Source: an uncultured Candidatus Peribacteria bacterium
GTDB taxonomy: Bacteria; Patescibacteriota; Gracilibacteria; GCA-2401425; JAJOLG01
Length of the DNA: 64,000 nucleotides
Assembly: GCA_964456745.1 (NCBI GenBank)
Contig: CAYWBW010000004.1
Location: forward strand, 39,483 to 103,482
Reading direction: 5' to 3'
A program made the translations under genes and the position numbers. The first letter of the stretch is position 1. Every line of letters starts with the position of its first letter. The notes under the pieces were generated by a model. It was not told the origin of the DNA and ran no database searches. It worked only from the letters and a program-made list of their open reading frames with translations. This document shows positions 1 to 12,433 of the stretch, piece by piece.

Positions 1-494
1 TAAAGTATAGTTTTAAAATTTTATCAGTCTAGCTAATTTATTTTAGCAAAATATCGTTACTCTAGGATGAATTCTGCTATTCATTTAACAAGCATTAATA
101 TACAAAGGACATACTATCTGAACATCATGAGATATAATTGTAACCTTTTATGCTTGCAACAATGGTCACAAAGCTAGTTCCGAGCTTATTGTCAAAAATA
201 AAAAAGTTTCTGACGTCGTCAGGTAGGGTGTACCAATTATTCTGCACATTAGAACTTGATTCTAGTGATTTTTGTTTACAATAAACAATTTATTTGCACT
301 CTCTATAATCTGATTGGTACTATTATTGTTTCTCATAATGAACATATTCACTCAATATTATTTTCAGTTGAAAAAGATTTGAAAATTTCCTTTTTAACTT
401 CATTGCTAATTCTTAAATATAGGGTTAAACTTAATTTGACATATAAATATATATAAATACTATTGTCAACCTTTAACATAATACATTTGAAGAT

Positions 495-1121
495 ATGTCA
501 AAAAATAGAAAAATTCACATTGATTTTGGTTCATGACCAAGATGAGAATATCTAGTTAATTGGTTATCAAATCCATCTGAGCATTTTTCAGTTAAATCAC
601 CAAGTGATACCTTGCTTACGTTTGATAAATGATCTGCACCATGAGAAGCTTTAAAAAAAGAATTTAGCACTATTCGTAATTGAGTTAGTGATCAATGTGC
701 TACAAAAATGGATATAATTCTTTGACACTTTAAATATCATAATCAAATAGATTTAATCAACTGGTCGTACTGATGGCTTGATCAGAGTTGGTATTTTTTT
801 ATTGACAGTGCAAGTCTTTGTTTTTCAAATTTTTGAGTTTCTGAACAAGATATAGCTAATTTACATAATCAAATTGCAAGCATTTTAAAACCATGATGAT
901 ATTTTATTTTACGTGGTCCATGATATTCAAATAGATCAAATACAGATAATCAGAAAAAAATTGAAAACTATCTAAAATATCATTTGTGAGGCAAATATTG
1001 AATATTTTCTATCGCAAGTTTTAGGCAGCTTTTGCCTACTGAAATAGAACTACATGATTTTACTCCTCCTAAATGAATGGATACAGCTTTTGAAATTGTT
1101 TTAAGAAAAAATAAAACTTAA
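495..1121 (+). CDS. class I SAM-dependent methyltransferase (208 aa)
   Basis: ATG 495 to TAA 1119-1121; open only when the multiple in-frame TGA are read as Gly. Has motif I-like IHIDFGSGPRG and LKPGGYFIL, typical of Rossmann-fold methyltransferases. Confidence 0.6.
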
Positions 1122-1266
1122 AAAGTTATTTTATTTTAAAATCTTCAATCTACGAATCTCAAGATAAAAAATATTTCTTACAAAATAAGTTCGAAGTTCT
1201 ATACTTTCGTTATACTGTAATACCTAATACATTGACTTTACCACATCTAAAGCTATTTTATTGATA

Positions 1267-2916
1267 ATGAAAAAATGCATAGAATGTAATCAGGACTTTG
1301 GCATAACTGAAAAAAATCGCAAATTTTATAATAATATGTGAGTACCTGAACCAGACACTTGTCCAATAGATCGTTCTAGGCATCGTCTTGCTTTTCGTAA
1401 CATACGCAACATATGCCAGCGCAAATGTAGCGCAACTTGAAAAATGATATTCTCTCATTTTGATGATGATGTGCCATTTCCAGTGTATGAACGTGATTAC
1501 TGGTGGTCAGATAAATGGGATGGATTAGATTATGGACGTGATTTTGATTTTTCAAAACCTTTTTTTGAGCAATTTAAAGAGCTCTATCATGTTGCACCTG
1601 CACTAGGGCAATCTGCATTTTCTATTGAAAATTGTGATTATTGTAATTGATTAGCAAATTGTAAAAATTGTTATCTAAGTTTTAACATGGATTACTGTGA
1701 AGATTGCTATTATTTAACAGCCGGAAGATATTGTACTAGCTGTGTTGATTCTTTAAGTCTCTCGAAGTGTGAATTGTGTTATGAATGTGTTTATTGTAAC
1801 GATTCATATAGACTGTTTTACTCAGATAGAAGTACTAGCTGTCATGAAAGCTACTTTCTTTCAGGGTGTAGACAATGTAAAAACTGTATTGGTTGTTGCA
1901 ACCTGAGTCAAAAAGAAAATTATCTTTTTAATGAAAAAGCAACACCTGAAAAAATTAAAGAAGTAAAAAAAGAATTAGAAGATTATAATAAACTTGTTGA
2001 ATTTAATAAGAAATTTGAAAACTTTAAGACTAAATTTCCAAAAAAATATTATTATGGTAACTCAAATGAATCATCAACAGGAGATAGCTTAAGAAATGCA
2101 AAAGATTCAGAAAATTGTTTTTATTGTGATAATGTTGAAAATTGCAATTATTGTTATTTTGTTTTTAATTCTAACAATTGTCAGGATCTCGATATTTTTT
2201 GAGATAATTCCTCATGGCTATATAATTGCATGGCTACCTGAGAAAATTGTAATCATAACATTTGCTGTATATATACGTGGAGCTGATCAAGTAATAACTA
2301 TTATTCCAATATACTTAGTGCTTGCACTGATTGTTTTGGCTGCGCGAGTCTTAGAAATAAAAAATATTGTATTTTAAATAAGCAATATTCAAAAACAGAA
2401 TATGAAAAACTTATTCTGAAAATAATTGATCATATGAAATCTACTGGAGAATGGTGAAAATTTTTTCCAGTTTCAATGAGTCAGTTTGTATTTAATAAAA
2501 CTCTTGCTTTCGAAAATTACCCTTTATCAGAGAAAGAGATATTAGCACGGTGATGGAAGTATGAAAAAATTGAGAGCAAGATACTTGAAGTTGATAAGAT
2601 TATTGATGCTAAACAAATACCTAATAATATCAACTCTATCCCTGACGATATTTTAAATTGGGCAATAAAATGTGAAGAATCAAATAGGCCATACATAATT
2701 ACAAAAAGTGAGCTTGCGTTTTATAGAAATTATAAAATTCCAATTCCTCGCTTACACTCTGAAATCCGCCACAAAAATCGCCTAAAAATTCGCAATCCTT
2801 ACATACTATATCATAGACAATGCGACAAATGCTCCTCTAATATTCAAACAACATATAATCCCAAATGACCAGAAAAAGTATATTGTGAAGAATGTTATTT
2901 GAAAGAGCTATATTAG
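1267..2916 (+). CDS. cysteine-rich zinc-ribbon repeat protein (549 aa), function unknown
   Basis: ATG 1267 to TAG 2914-2916 with TGA=Gly; merges three fragments of the standard ORF track. N-terminal CIECNQDF..FY..GVPEPDTCP..R module is echoed at the C-terminus (CEESNRPYIITKSELAFYRNYKIPIPRLHSEIRHKNRL...CDKC...YCEECY). The central part has many CxxC/CxxCxxC pseudo-repeats (CDYCNGLANCKNCY, CEDCYY, CTSCVD, CELCYECVYC, CRQCKNCIGCC, CFYCDNVENCNYCY). Confidence 0.7.
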
Positions 2917-2929
2917 ATGTTATATTATA

Positions 2930-3502
2930 TTAATGTCGCAATATTCATTCTAAAGCATGTATACCAGTAATCTGATCAAGATTTCCAGTATGAACTTGCT
3001 TTATTACGATTAATACATCTATGGTTTTTTTACACTTTGCTCTGATTTTTGATTCAATGGCTCATAAGTTTTTTAGTTTTCACTCTTTCTTTTTTATATC
3101 ATATACTCATACAATTCTAACCATATCTAGTATTTGTTGTACAACTATATATTCAATTAGATTTTCACAAAATCATTCTTTTTTAATATCATCAATGTCC
3201 ATTATAACCTCTCAATCCACGTATAGCCATACTTCCATTTGATAATTTCAGTCTATTTTAAAAACTAAATTTTCAGGTAAAGGGTTTTGACAAAATGCTT
3301 GTTTAATTCTTGGATCTGCAAATACAATTTTTCAAGTTTTAACCTGGTCAACCAGTTGCTCAATAGCTGGTGATATTTTTTTCTTTAATGTATTTGATAA
3401 TGCCAGTACTTTATCTATCGTAGTACATTCAAATCGTTCTAGTTGCTCTATTGGCAATTGTTGATTAGATGAAAGCACTGATTTACTTAATTCAGTTAAC
3501 AT
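2930..3502 (-). CDS. hypothetical protein (190 aa)
   Basis: ATG (revcomp 3500-3502) to TAA (2930-2932), 573 nt, uninterrupted with TGA=Gly. No recognisable motif. Confidence 0.55.
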
Positions 3503-3598
3503 AATTGAATGGTAATATAATTAATAGTAAATTATAATATAAGTAATGTGTATCTTATCAAGTAGTATTGTGAAAAATCTTATACAAAACAATACTGC

Positions 3599-4516
3599 TT
3601 AAGGAAGTACTACATAAAATTTATCCCTAAATCAAACTAAATCTGGTCAATATCACAATGTCTGAAAATAAGCTTTTGCATCTTCTTGTTTAATAACAGG
3701 AAGTCATATTTTATTAATTAGTGACTCAGCATGATGTGTTCATCATTTTTCAAAATCTAATTTCAAATCTCAAATCATGATCCGATATACTCATAGTTCT
3801 GGGAAAATTTTTGCAAATCATTCGAAATCTCTATAACCCAACAATGGAGATAATGAAGCTTGTGTTTTTATATCACTATTTCATAAAGTTTCTATTGCAT
3901 TTATGCGACTTTTTAGAGTAAAAGCAGCATTAGGCAAATCACCTGGCATTTCATCAAAATCGGTTTGAAAACCCATTCAAACAATAAGATTTGTTGCCTG
4001 TGCAAGATCTTTTAATATTGGTAATATTTGATCATTTGCTGCTACATCAGTATGTGTATGTAAGATCAATCCTCTTGGAGGAGACTGAATCATTTGACGA
4101 AGTAATTTAGCGGTAATATTAGTGATTTCCATTGCTTTATTATTAGAATCTCAAGGCAATGGCTCTGTATCTGTCGATAAGAATAATCACACATCATATC
4201 ACATAGATAATAAGTGATCGTTTTCAGCTCTATAATCTTCAGGAACTGTCAATCTTGGAGTATCTGATCAATTTCTTTCTAGATGTGCAAAACAATAATG
4301 TCCACAAAGTGATCAATCTCAAATAACACAACGATTACAAGCATTAATTGTTGCATTAATGATTCTTTCAACTCAAGATTCTCAAACACATTCCTGACCC
4401 CATTTCAACATGAATCTCGGTAACGACTGAATAGCTTTCAATTGTTTGAATGAACAATCTTCTAAAGAATTTGTTCTTGAATTTCTCAATAATAATTTAC
4501 CTGACCTGTACGCCAT
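3599..4516 (-). CDS. hypothetical protein (305 aa), possibly radical-SAM/SplB-like TIM-barrel with a variant Cys motif
   Basis: ATG (4514-4516 revcomp) to TAA (3599-3601), 918 nt. N-terminal CNRCVIGDGSLCGHYCFAH resembles the Cx3Cx2C region of SplB-type radical SAM enzymes, but the third Cys position is His. The assignment is weak. Confidence 0.5.
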
Positions 4517-4670
4517 TATTAACTTTTCTCTTAAATTATGGCATCGTAGTATATATTAATTAATTGATAAGTCAATAAATTTAGATTTAAAAATTATCCC
4601 ACATTACTTACTAAATTAATTGACACTCGAAAGCATTTCTTCTAAACTCAAAAACCATAATTGAAGATAA

Positions 4671-5618
4671 ATGCTAGATACTAACGATTACACACCTCCA
4701 TTATGACTCCTGAACTGGAGACAAATACTTGAAATTACTTGATTTCCAATGATTGCGAGCGATTGAACTAATCAAGAATGATATGAGCCATGTACCCTTG
4801 AACCATATTTTTGAGGAAAAAGAATAATTGACGTATGAGCTTGATGCTCACCACTAATGGATATGATTAAAAGTATATGAAATCCAAAAAGTGTAATAAA
4901 AATTGATCCTATCTACTCATGATGAGATACCATTAATAAACATATCAAATACAATAGAGACACAATAGATAATTCATGAGATCAATTAAGAAAAATGATC
5001 AAAAATAAAGGTATAATACACATTGAAGCTAATCCTTTAACTATTGAATGAATTAATATCATGAAACAGCAAACACTAGACATGAAACAACATCAATTTT
5101 CAACTGTTACAAAAAATGCTTCAGACTGAACTAATATAAATCTAGAAAACAACTCACAAGATATTATCTTCATTACAGCTTGCCTACTTTTTGCTGAAGA
5201 TTGAATTTCCATGCTTCAAGAATGTGACAGATTATTAGATAATAAATGAACTATAATTATAGTTGATTATGATGGCAATATTCATATTAATTATAATCAT
5301 TTTAGAGATGCACATATAAATATTAGAAATGCATGAAAGTTTAATAATAAACCTGTTTTTGTTGCAAAATTAATGAAATGACAATATAATCTACTAAGAA
5401 ATGTGGAAGCGTTTGGATTCCCATCTTTACAAAAAATGATGCGCAATCCCCGCACTGTAACTAAATTAGACATCAAACGTAATAGACTAAATTGATTAAA
5501 TGAATCTTTAGTCAATTCATTAAAAATCAAATGAAAATTAGATAGTTTTATGAAAGAAAGAGGAGAAAGTATAAGATTCGCACTCCTTTCTTGATCATTT
5601 TCAGCCGTGAGTTGTTAA
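4671..5618 (+). CDS. class I SAM-dependent methyltransferase (315 aa)
   Basis: ATG 4671 to TAA 5616-5618, checked codon by codon. Has motif I RIIDVGAGCSP and LLDNKGTIIIVDY. Confidence 0.6.
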
Positions 5619-5662
5619 TTTATGCTTTGTTTTAGATAGGTTTAAAGATTATAATAAATTTA

Positions 5663-6520
5663 TTAATACAAAAATAAAGCCAAGCTAATAATAGTAAAAA
5701 TAAAGGCCAAAATAGTCTTAATCATAATTTTTTCTTTATAAACAATAATTGAAAATAATATTGGAATTATTATTGAATATGAAAGTGTTTTATAAGACAA
5801 GGACAATGGTCATAATAAATAGATTTTCGGCAAAATAAGAATCATAAATCATACAAACAAACTGCTATTGATAAACGAAAATATTAATACTTCAGATAAA
5901 TTCTTTATTGTTATTTCTTTATGCTTATTACAGATCAAAATAAATATTGAAAGTCCTATAAATGCAACTGACATTTTAATAAAAATAAACTCTGACACAA
6001 TTAACTGATCTACAAAATTTTTAAAAAGTGAATGATTTAATGTTATTGCAGCAACTGCTATCAATATATAACGAAATCAGCTTCTAAAATCATCTTTTCA
6101 AACTGATTTCTCTGAATCATATAAAAGTCAAAAAACTACAAATCAAAGAAGAAATCATATAAAGCTCAATACAGACAGTGAATCATTTAATACAAATACA
6201 CCTATAAATAATACTAAAACTGAAGAAAGTAATCTAATGATGATAAATACAGAAGATGAGCTTAAATATTGCAATGCTGTAATCATAGCAATAGGAACAA
6301 TAAAATCTCAAACTCAGCTCGCTAATCCAATCAAAGATGTAACGGTAGATTTCTCAAAAATTCAAGAATATATAAAATAAATAAATGACAAAATAGTAGA
6401 ACAAATTGAAGAAACTAATAAAAAAGCATATTTATTGTATCATTTTTCAACAACTACTTTTTTTATAAAATCATAAATTCATAGTATTATAAGCCCTGAA
6501 ACAGCATAAAAGATCCACAT
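5663..6520 (-). CDS. EamA/DMT-family membrane permease (285 aa)
   Basis: 858-nt ORF (ATG revcomp 6518-6520, TAA 5663-5665). Highly hydrophobic, about 10 predicted helices in two similar halves, as in drug/metabolite transporters. Confidence 0.6.
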
Positions 6521-6650
6521 ATAATTTTAAATTAACATATTGATTTTGTTAATAAATATAATTTTATTAAACTTATATAATTTCATTTACAAAATATTTT
6601 AAACATAGACATAGTAGTCGTACTATTTGCAAATTAAAAATCATTCTTTT

Positions 6651-8516
6651 CTATCCCCCATAAATTTCATCAAAACCTTTATCTAAATCACTAAAATCTC
6701 TTATTCCGCCATCTTTTATAACCCAAACCCTATCAACAATAGATTCTAATATATCTCTATCATGAGAAACTAATATAACATTTCACTCAAATCAATCGAG
6801 CATGTTTTTTACTACTTTTTTAGAATGAAGATCTAAATGATTAGTAGGTTCATCCATTATTATAAGCTGCGGACCACTTAAAAGCATTTTAGTTAGAGCA
6901 ACTTTAGCTTTTTCTCATCCTGATAGAGTGGAAATTTTTTGATTTACCTTTTCTCAACTTATTAAAAGTCATCATAGCATTGTTCTGATTTCTTTTTGAG
7001 ACAATCAATCATCTAATAATTCTTCTAATATAGTACGATCAACGTTAATATCATCAAAAACCTGAGAATATGATCACACATTAATAGACTCATTAATATA
7101 AACATCTCAAGACAGAGACTTTATTTCTCAAAGTATAGTTCTAAGAAAAGTTGTTTTTCATATTCAATTCTTTCCTATAATTCAAACTTTTTGATTTTTA
7201 TTAATTTCAAGCTCTCAAGTAATATTAATTAAAACATTATCATATCAAATTTGTAAATCATTTAAACGTACAATTAAATTTGGCATTCTATTTATTGACT
7301 TTAAACTGATATCTCTTACTTGAGATTCATTTTCAGGCCTATCAATTCTTTCTATCTTATCAAGCATTTTTATCCTGCTTTGCACTCACAACGCCTTACT
7401 AGCTTTGGATCTAAATCTATCAATATATTTTTCTTGTTTTTCTATATGTCTTTGTTGCAAACTATGATCCTTAAGTTGTTTGTCGTATTTCTCTTGCTTT
7501 TTTTCAAGATAATGAAAATAATCTCACTTATACAAGTGTAATTTCTTTCATGATATTTCTAAAATCTCATTAGAAATACTATTTATAAATTTCACATCAT
7601 GTGAAATACATAAAAGTCACTTGTTCCAAAATTTACAAAAACGTTCTAAAAACATTATTCATTCTATATCTAAATGATTTGTAGGCTCATCTAATACAAG
7701 TAAATCAATTTCTTGTATTAAAAATTTAGCTATTTGCACCTTTGTCTGCTCTCAACCTGATAGTTGTAAAACATTTAAATCAAGTTGCTGCTCTGTAAAT
7801 CAAAAATAAAAAAGTATACTTGTCTGAAGTTCAAATCTTCTATATCAATCAGAGTGTGAAAATCTTTCAACGATTTCTTCTCTTTCATCATTAAGTTCAA
7901 CATAATCAGCATTTCATTCAGACAAAAGCATATCCTCAATTTGCTCAAGTCTTTTTGTATCTTTCGTAATTTCAGGAAAAACAGTAAGCATCTCATCTCT
8001 CAAACTATTTTCTTTATTATTCCAAAAAAGTTCTTGTGTAAGATATCAAATTTTGACATTTTTTCATAAATTTATTTCTCAATCATCGGGATCCTCTAAT
8101 CAAACAATCATCTTAAGAAGTGTTGTTTTTCAAGATCAATTTTTTCAAATCAAAGCAATCTTATCATTGCAAGAAATCTTTGTACTTACCGAGTCAAATA
8201 AATGAGTTTTTCAAAGAAATTTACTAATTAAACGAATATCAAGTAAATCATAAGATCATCAAAAATGTCAATCATACAAATACTTTGGAATATTGTCTAA
8301 ACTGTATTTTTTTTCTGCACTTGGCTTAGAGCAAACTCAATCAAGTTCAAACTCTTTAATTAAGTATTTATTTAAAAGCTTATGTTTTGTTGTTTCTTTT
8401 TTGCATTTTTTTGGCAGAGAGTTTAAAAAATTGTCACATACTTCTCTTAATTCATTAAATCCAAAATCTGGATGTGTCTCTAAAACTTTTGCAATTAGAT
8501 CATCAATGTATTTCAA
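6651..8516 (-). CDS. ABC-F family ATPase (two ABC domains, no TM) with an about 85-aa N-terminal extension; TTG start
   Basis: 1866-nt ORF ending TAG (6651-6653). Two Walker A sites (GKNGSGKTTLL, GKNGIGKTTFL), two signatures (LSGGEQ, LSGGEK), two Walker B sites (LLVLDEPTNHLD, IIMDEPTNHLD) and a charged inter-domain linker. The first possible start after an upstream in-frame TAA is TTG at 8514-8516. Confidence 0.85.
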
Positions 8517-8741
8517 ATTTATTTATTAATTTTATATAAACCAAGTACCTTTGATAATAATCATTATATTAATATTTACAAAAGATAATTATTTTTAAAT
8601 TATCTTTATAAATGACTACAAAATCTTATCTTCAATTTCGATAATATTTAATATACAAATAATTGCTTGCATTTATGTAAAATATTTTGTATAATTAAAT
8701 TAATGATCACGATCAAGATGTATTAGGTTAAGTGTTAGTGC

Positions 8742-9242
8742 TTAACTCGTGCATCTTTTCTTCTTTTTATACTGCAATTTCTTTTTCAAATTTGTCAATG
8801 AATCTATAAATCCTTGTCACTCAACTTTTAGAAAACTTGAGTATCTTTTTTGATTTGGCACTATAAGCCTTTTCAATTTTCACTTCTTTCTTAAATATCA
8901 AACTAAACATGCAAAATCTCAATCTCAAGTTACAATAACTGCTTTATTATATTTTTTATATTCTATCATTGATTGTAAAACTAATTCTGCATCAACATTT
9001 CATTTTGTCTTTCATGATTCAAGCTCTAATACAGGTTTAAATACAAGTAAAAATCAGCTTTCTTGTAAAAAAGAATAAAGATCAGTATTTTCAGATACAT
9101 ATCAAATAAATAAATATGCCTTACCAACCTTATACTTATCTTTCAAATAAACTCGTAACTTCTTCCAATCTAAACTCCACTTTTGATCTTTTATAGCAAG
9201 ATTTACATTTTGTGCATCTATAAAAGCATAGTTTTTTTCCAT
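8742..9242 (-). CDS. NYN/LabA-like (PIN-fold) domain protein (166 aa)
   Basis: 501-nt ORF. Has AFIDAQN...GNVDAELVLQ...VTGDGDF, characteristic of NYN domain RNase-like proteins. Confidence 0.7.
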
Positions 9243-9321
9243 AAATCCTTTATTATTTATTTAATATTAAGAATATATATGTAATAAACAATTATAAATG
9301 TAATAAACCTGCAAGCTTGAA

Positions 9322-9534
9322 TTAAAGTTTTTTCAAGAAACAAGTTTTTAATACTATTATGCTTTTGCCAATACGACACTCAACATTATCAAAATCATCT
9401 TCAACTGTTTTAATATTTTTAATCTTTTCTCATCTTTTAAGTGTTTTTGACAAACCTTTCACAGCTAAGTCTTTAATTGGCGTAACTGTATCTCAAGTGA
9501 TTAAGATGTTTCCATTACTATCTAATACTTCCAT
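9322..9534 (-). CDS. PhnA/YjdM C-terminal-domain protein (70 aa)
   Basis: 213-nt ORF. [38 protein letters not shown]...LKTCFLKK matches the conserved PhnA C-terminal domain pattern. Confidence 0.65.
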
Positions 9535-9673
9535 TTAACAAATTATTAATTAATACTTTCTTTAAAAAAAGCTTAAAAATAATCATATTATTGTCAAATA
9601 AGCCAATAATCCAAAATATCTATTGAAATATATTTAAAAATATGTAAACTTTTAATCTAATTAATAATAAATT

Positions 9674-9970
9674 ATGCCATATTTTAAATGACAAAGAGCT
9701 GTACTAACAGTAAATGAAGATGTTTCAAAAAGTGAATTAAAGAAAGCTTATCGAAAAATTTCACAAAAGTATCATCCAGATTTAAATCCATGATGTGATA
9801 AATCTGAGAAAATGATGAAAAAAATTACATACGCCTATGATGTACTTACAAATGTAGAAAAACAGCAAGAACACATTACAATGATGAAAGAAAAAATTAG
9901 AGAGGAGCAAAGAGCTATTGCAAAAAAAAATAGAGTTACAAAAAGTCGAGCAAGGAAAAAAAGAAAGTAA
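9674..9970 (+). CDS. J-domain protein (98 aa) with basic C-terminal tail
   Basis: Has [17 protein letters not shown] with the HPD tripeptide. Lacks the DnaJ Gly/Phe, zinc-finger and C-terminal domains. Ends in KSRARKKRK. Confidence 0.75.
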
Positions 9971-9996
9971 TTAAGGATTATTAATGTCTGCAAACT

Positions 9997-12306
9997 CTAG
10001 ATTTTTTTTTCAAGCATATCAATAATAATACTAAAAAACTCTCAAACAACTGGAGCAGCAGTATTTCATCAATAAACTCCTGAATCTATTTTTTGATTTC
10101 AATCATTTCACAATCTAACAACAACTTGAAGATCTTCCATTGATCAATTAAGAGAAAAATAAGCTGTTGAAGCAAATAACACATCTCTGCTTTCGTTTGT
10201 AGTTCAAGTTTTTCAAATCACTTTTACTCATTTAACCTTAGCTAATTTTCAAGTTCAATTTTCAACAACGTTATGTAACATATCTAAAACAATATTAGAA
10301 TTTACTTCAGTTGCTACCTGTATCTTATCAGTTAAAACAAACTCGGCTTCCGTTCAATCTTTATATTTTATAATTTTAATAATCTTGCTAGAGACCTTAT
10401 GTCCTCTATTAGACATTATAGAAAATAAATCAGCAACTTGTAAAAGATTTAATTCTAAAGTTCACAAAATAGTAGAAAGATGCTCTCATTTCAAATCTAT
10501 TCAAAACCTCCTCAAAGTATCAAAGTAATTTGAAAATCACATATTCATAACCAAATGTACCATTGGCAAATTAGCACTCTTTTGTAAGATTGTAATCATA
10601 TTCATAAATTCTCAAGTAACTTTTCAATCCCAATTACTTGGATCCCAAAATTTTCCAGGTGCATATTCAATCGAAATAAGTTCGTCTGGAAATTTTTGAT
10701 ATTGATCTATTCAATTTTCTAAAGCAGCAAGTGCATTTATCGCCTTAATTATACTTCATATTTGCCTTAGTGCTTGAAAAACCCTACTATATTGACTTTC
10801 ATCATAGGACATTCATCAAATCATAACTCTTATTTCTCAACTATGAGGATTAGTTACTACCATTCACCCATTGATTTCTCGCACTTTTCTTAATCTCTTT
10901 TTTGCATCTTCATAATCCCAATATGCTTCATCATATTCACTTGTTCAGTACTCAAATCTATCAATCACATTTCTTTTTCTTTTTAGATTTTTTACATGCT
11001 CTATTGTATATCATGACCTTAAAGAATGTCTGGCAATTTCTGTCAAAGACAAGTCTATTGTAGTACCAACTTCACATCAACAATCCTTAATATTCATTCA
11101 TGTTAGTTTCTCAAATATTATACTAATATAATTAACAGCATAAGGCGCATTATTAATTTTAATTGGGGTTTTATTGATATCAATACTTTGATCAAGATAG
11201 TGATTAACTGGCTTATCATTAGAAAGCAATCACTTTTTATAGAGAAATTTTAAAATCGTATTTCTCTTTTTTAATGACGATTTAGGATTTTTAAGAGGAT
11301 TTAGATACTTAGGACTTTGTATTGTTCACAGCAAGGCAACGATTTCAAAATCATTCAACTGATCAGGCCTTTTTCAAAAATAAAATTTTGCAGCGCTTGA
11401 AATTCAATATACTCAATATCAAAAATTTAATGCATTTAACCAGGTTTCTAGAACCTGATCTTTATCAAAATTAATACACATATCTACAGCATAAACTGCT
11501 TCAAGAATTTTCCTAGGGAGAGTTTGTTTTAAATCTCAAATAATTAAAAGCTTGGCTATTTGTTGTGTAATAGTACTTCATCACTGAACTACTCTTCAGG
11601 CCTTGATATTTGCAATACCAGCTCTAAAGATCGCAAAAGGATTAAATCATGGATGATAATAAAAAGCACCATCTTCTACTGCAACAAATATTTCTTTTAT
11701 CCTATCAGGAATTTTAGAAAGTGGGGTATATTTTAAATAATTTGTTTTATGTAAAGTGGTAATAACTTTTCAATTAACATCCAAAATTGTAGTATTTAAA
11801 AACTGCAAATCTTTAAAGTTTGTAATTTTATCAATTCAGTTTAGATCATATTCTTTTATAACTCATGAGATAAGATTATTAACATTATTAGCACTACAAT
11901 ATATGTGATCTAAAATATGGGAGTTATAATTAAAATCAGGTGAAAAACTCTTGTCAAAAACATAAGGTCATCTTTTGAAATCATTAGATTTTTTATGATA
12001 ATTTTTTCTCTTTTTCTTAAATTCTCATGTAATACAATTGCAATCATCCTTAACTAATTGCATTATCATATCAAGTCAAACAGCTCAACTGTATATAATT
12101 CAAAGCAATCAAAGAGTTCAATATAATAATTTCTTTATAGTTTTTCATATATCTCAAAATATATGATCATATTGTTCCTTGTCAGGTAGACTAATTCTAT
12201 CTCACATCTCTACTTGAAAATCTTCATTTAAAGGACTTCAAACTTTTTCTCCTGCTCAAGAAACAATGTTGTTAGATATTGCTGGAAAGTCTTGTAGTTT
12301 TAGCAT
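9997..12306 (-). CDS. class A penicillin-binding protein (GT51 transglycosylase + transpeptidase), 769 aa
   Basis: 2310-nt ORF. GT51 motifs: EDGAFYYHPG, GGSTITQQ, RKILE. Transpeptidase motifs: SIIK (SxxK) and KTGTT. Confidence 0.85.
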
Positions 12307-12433
12307 TTTTTTCCTTAAAGGAAAGTATTATAAGATATTACCAAGATTGGTCAATTGCAAAAACTATTGTTAATGGTTTTGCTGAATATTTGACATACTT
12401 TATAGATTATGTTATTCTATACTAAAACAAACT

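Noticed and set aside
8715-8757. Nested hairpin (AAGATG...CATCTT enclosing GTTAAG...CTTAAC) followed by a T-rich run on the + strand, considered as a small RNA or + strand terminator
   Set aside because: It overlaps the last codons and stop (8742-8744) of the minus-strand NYN gene, and no + strand gene lies upstream for it to terminate. On the minus strand it lacks a T-tract, so the function is undetermined.
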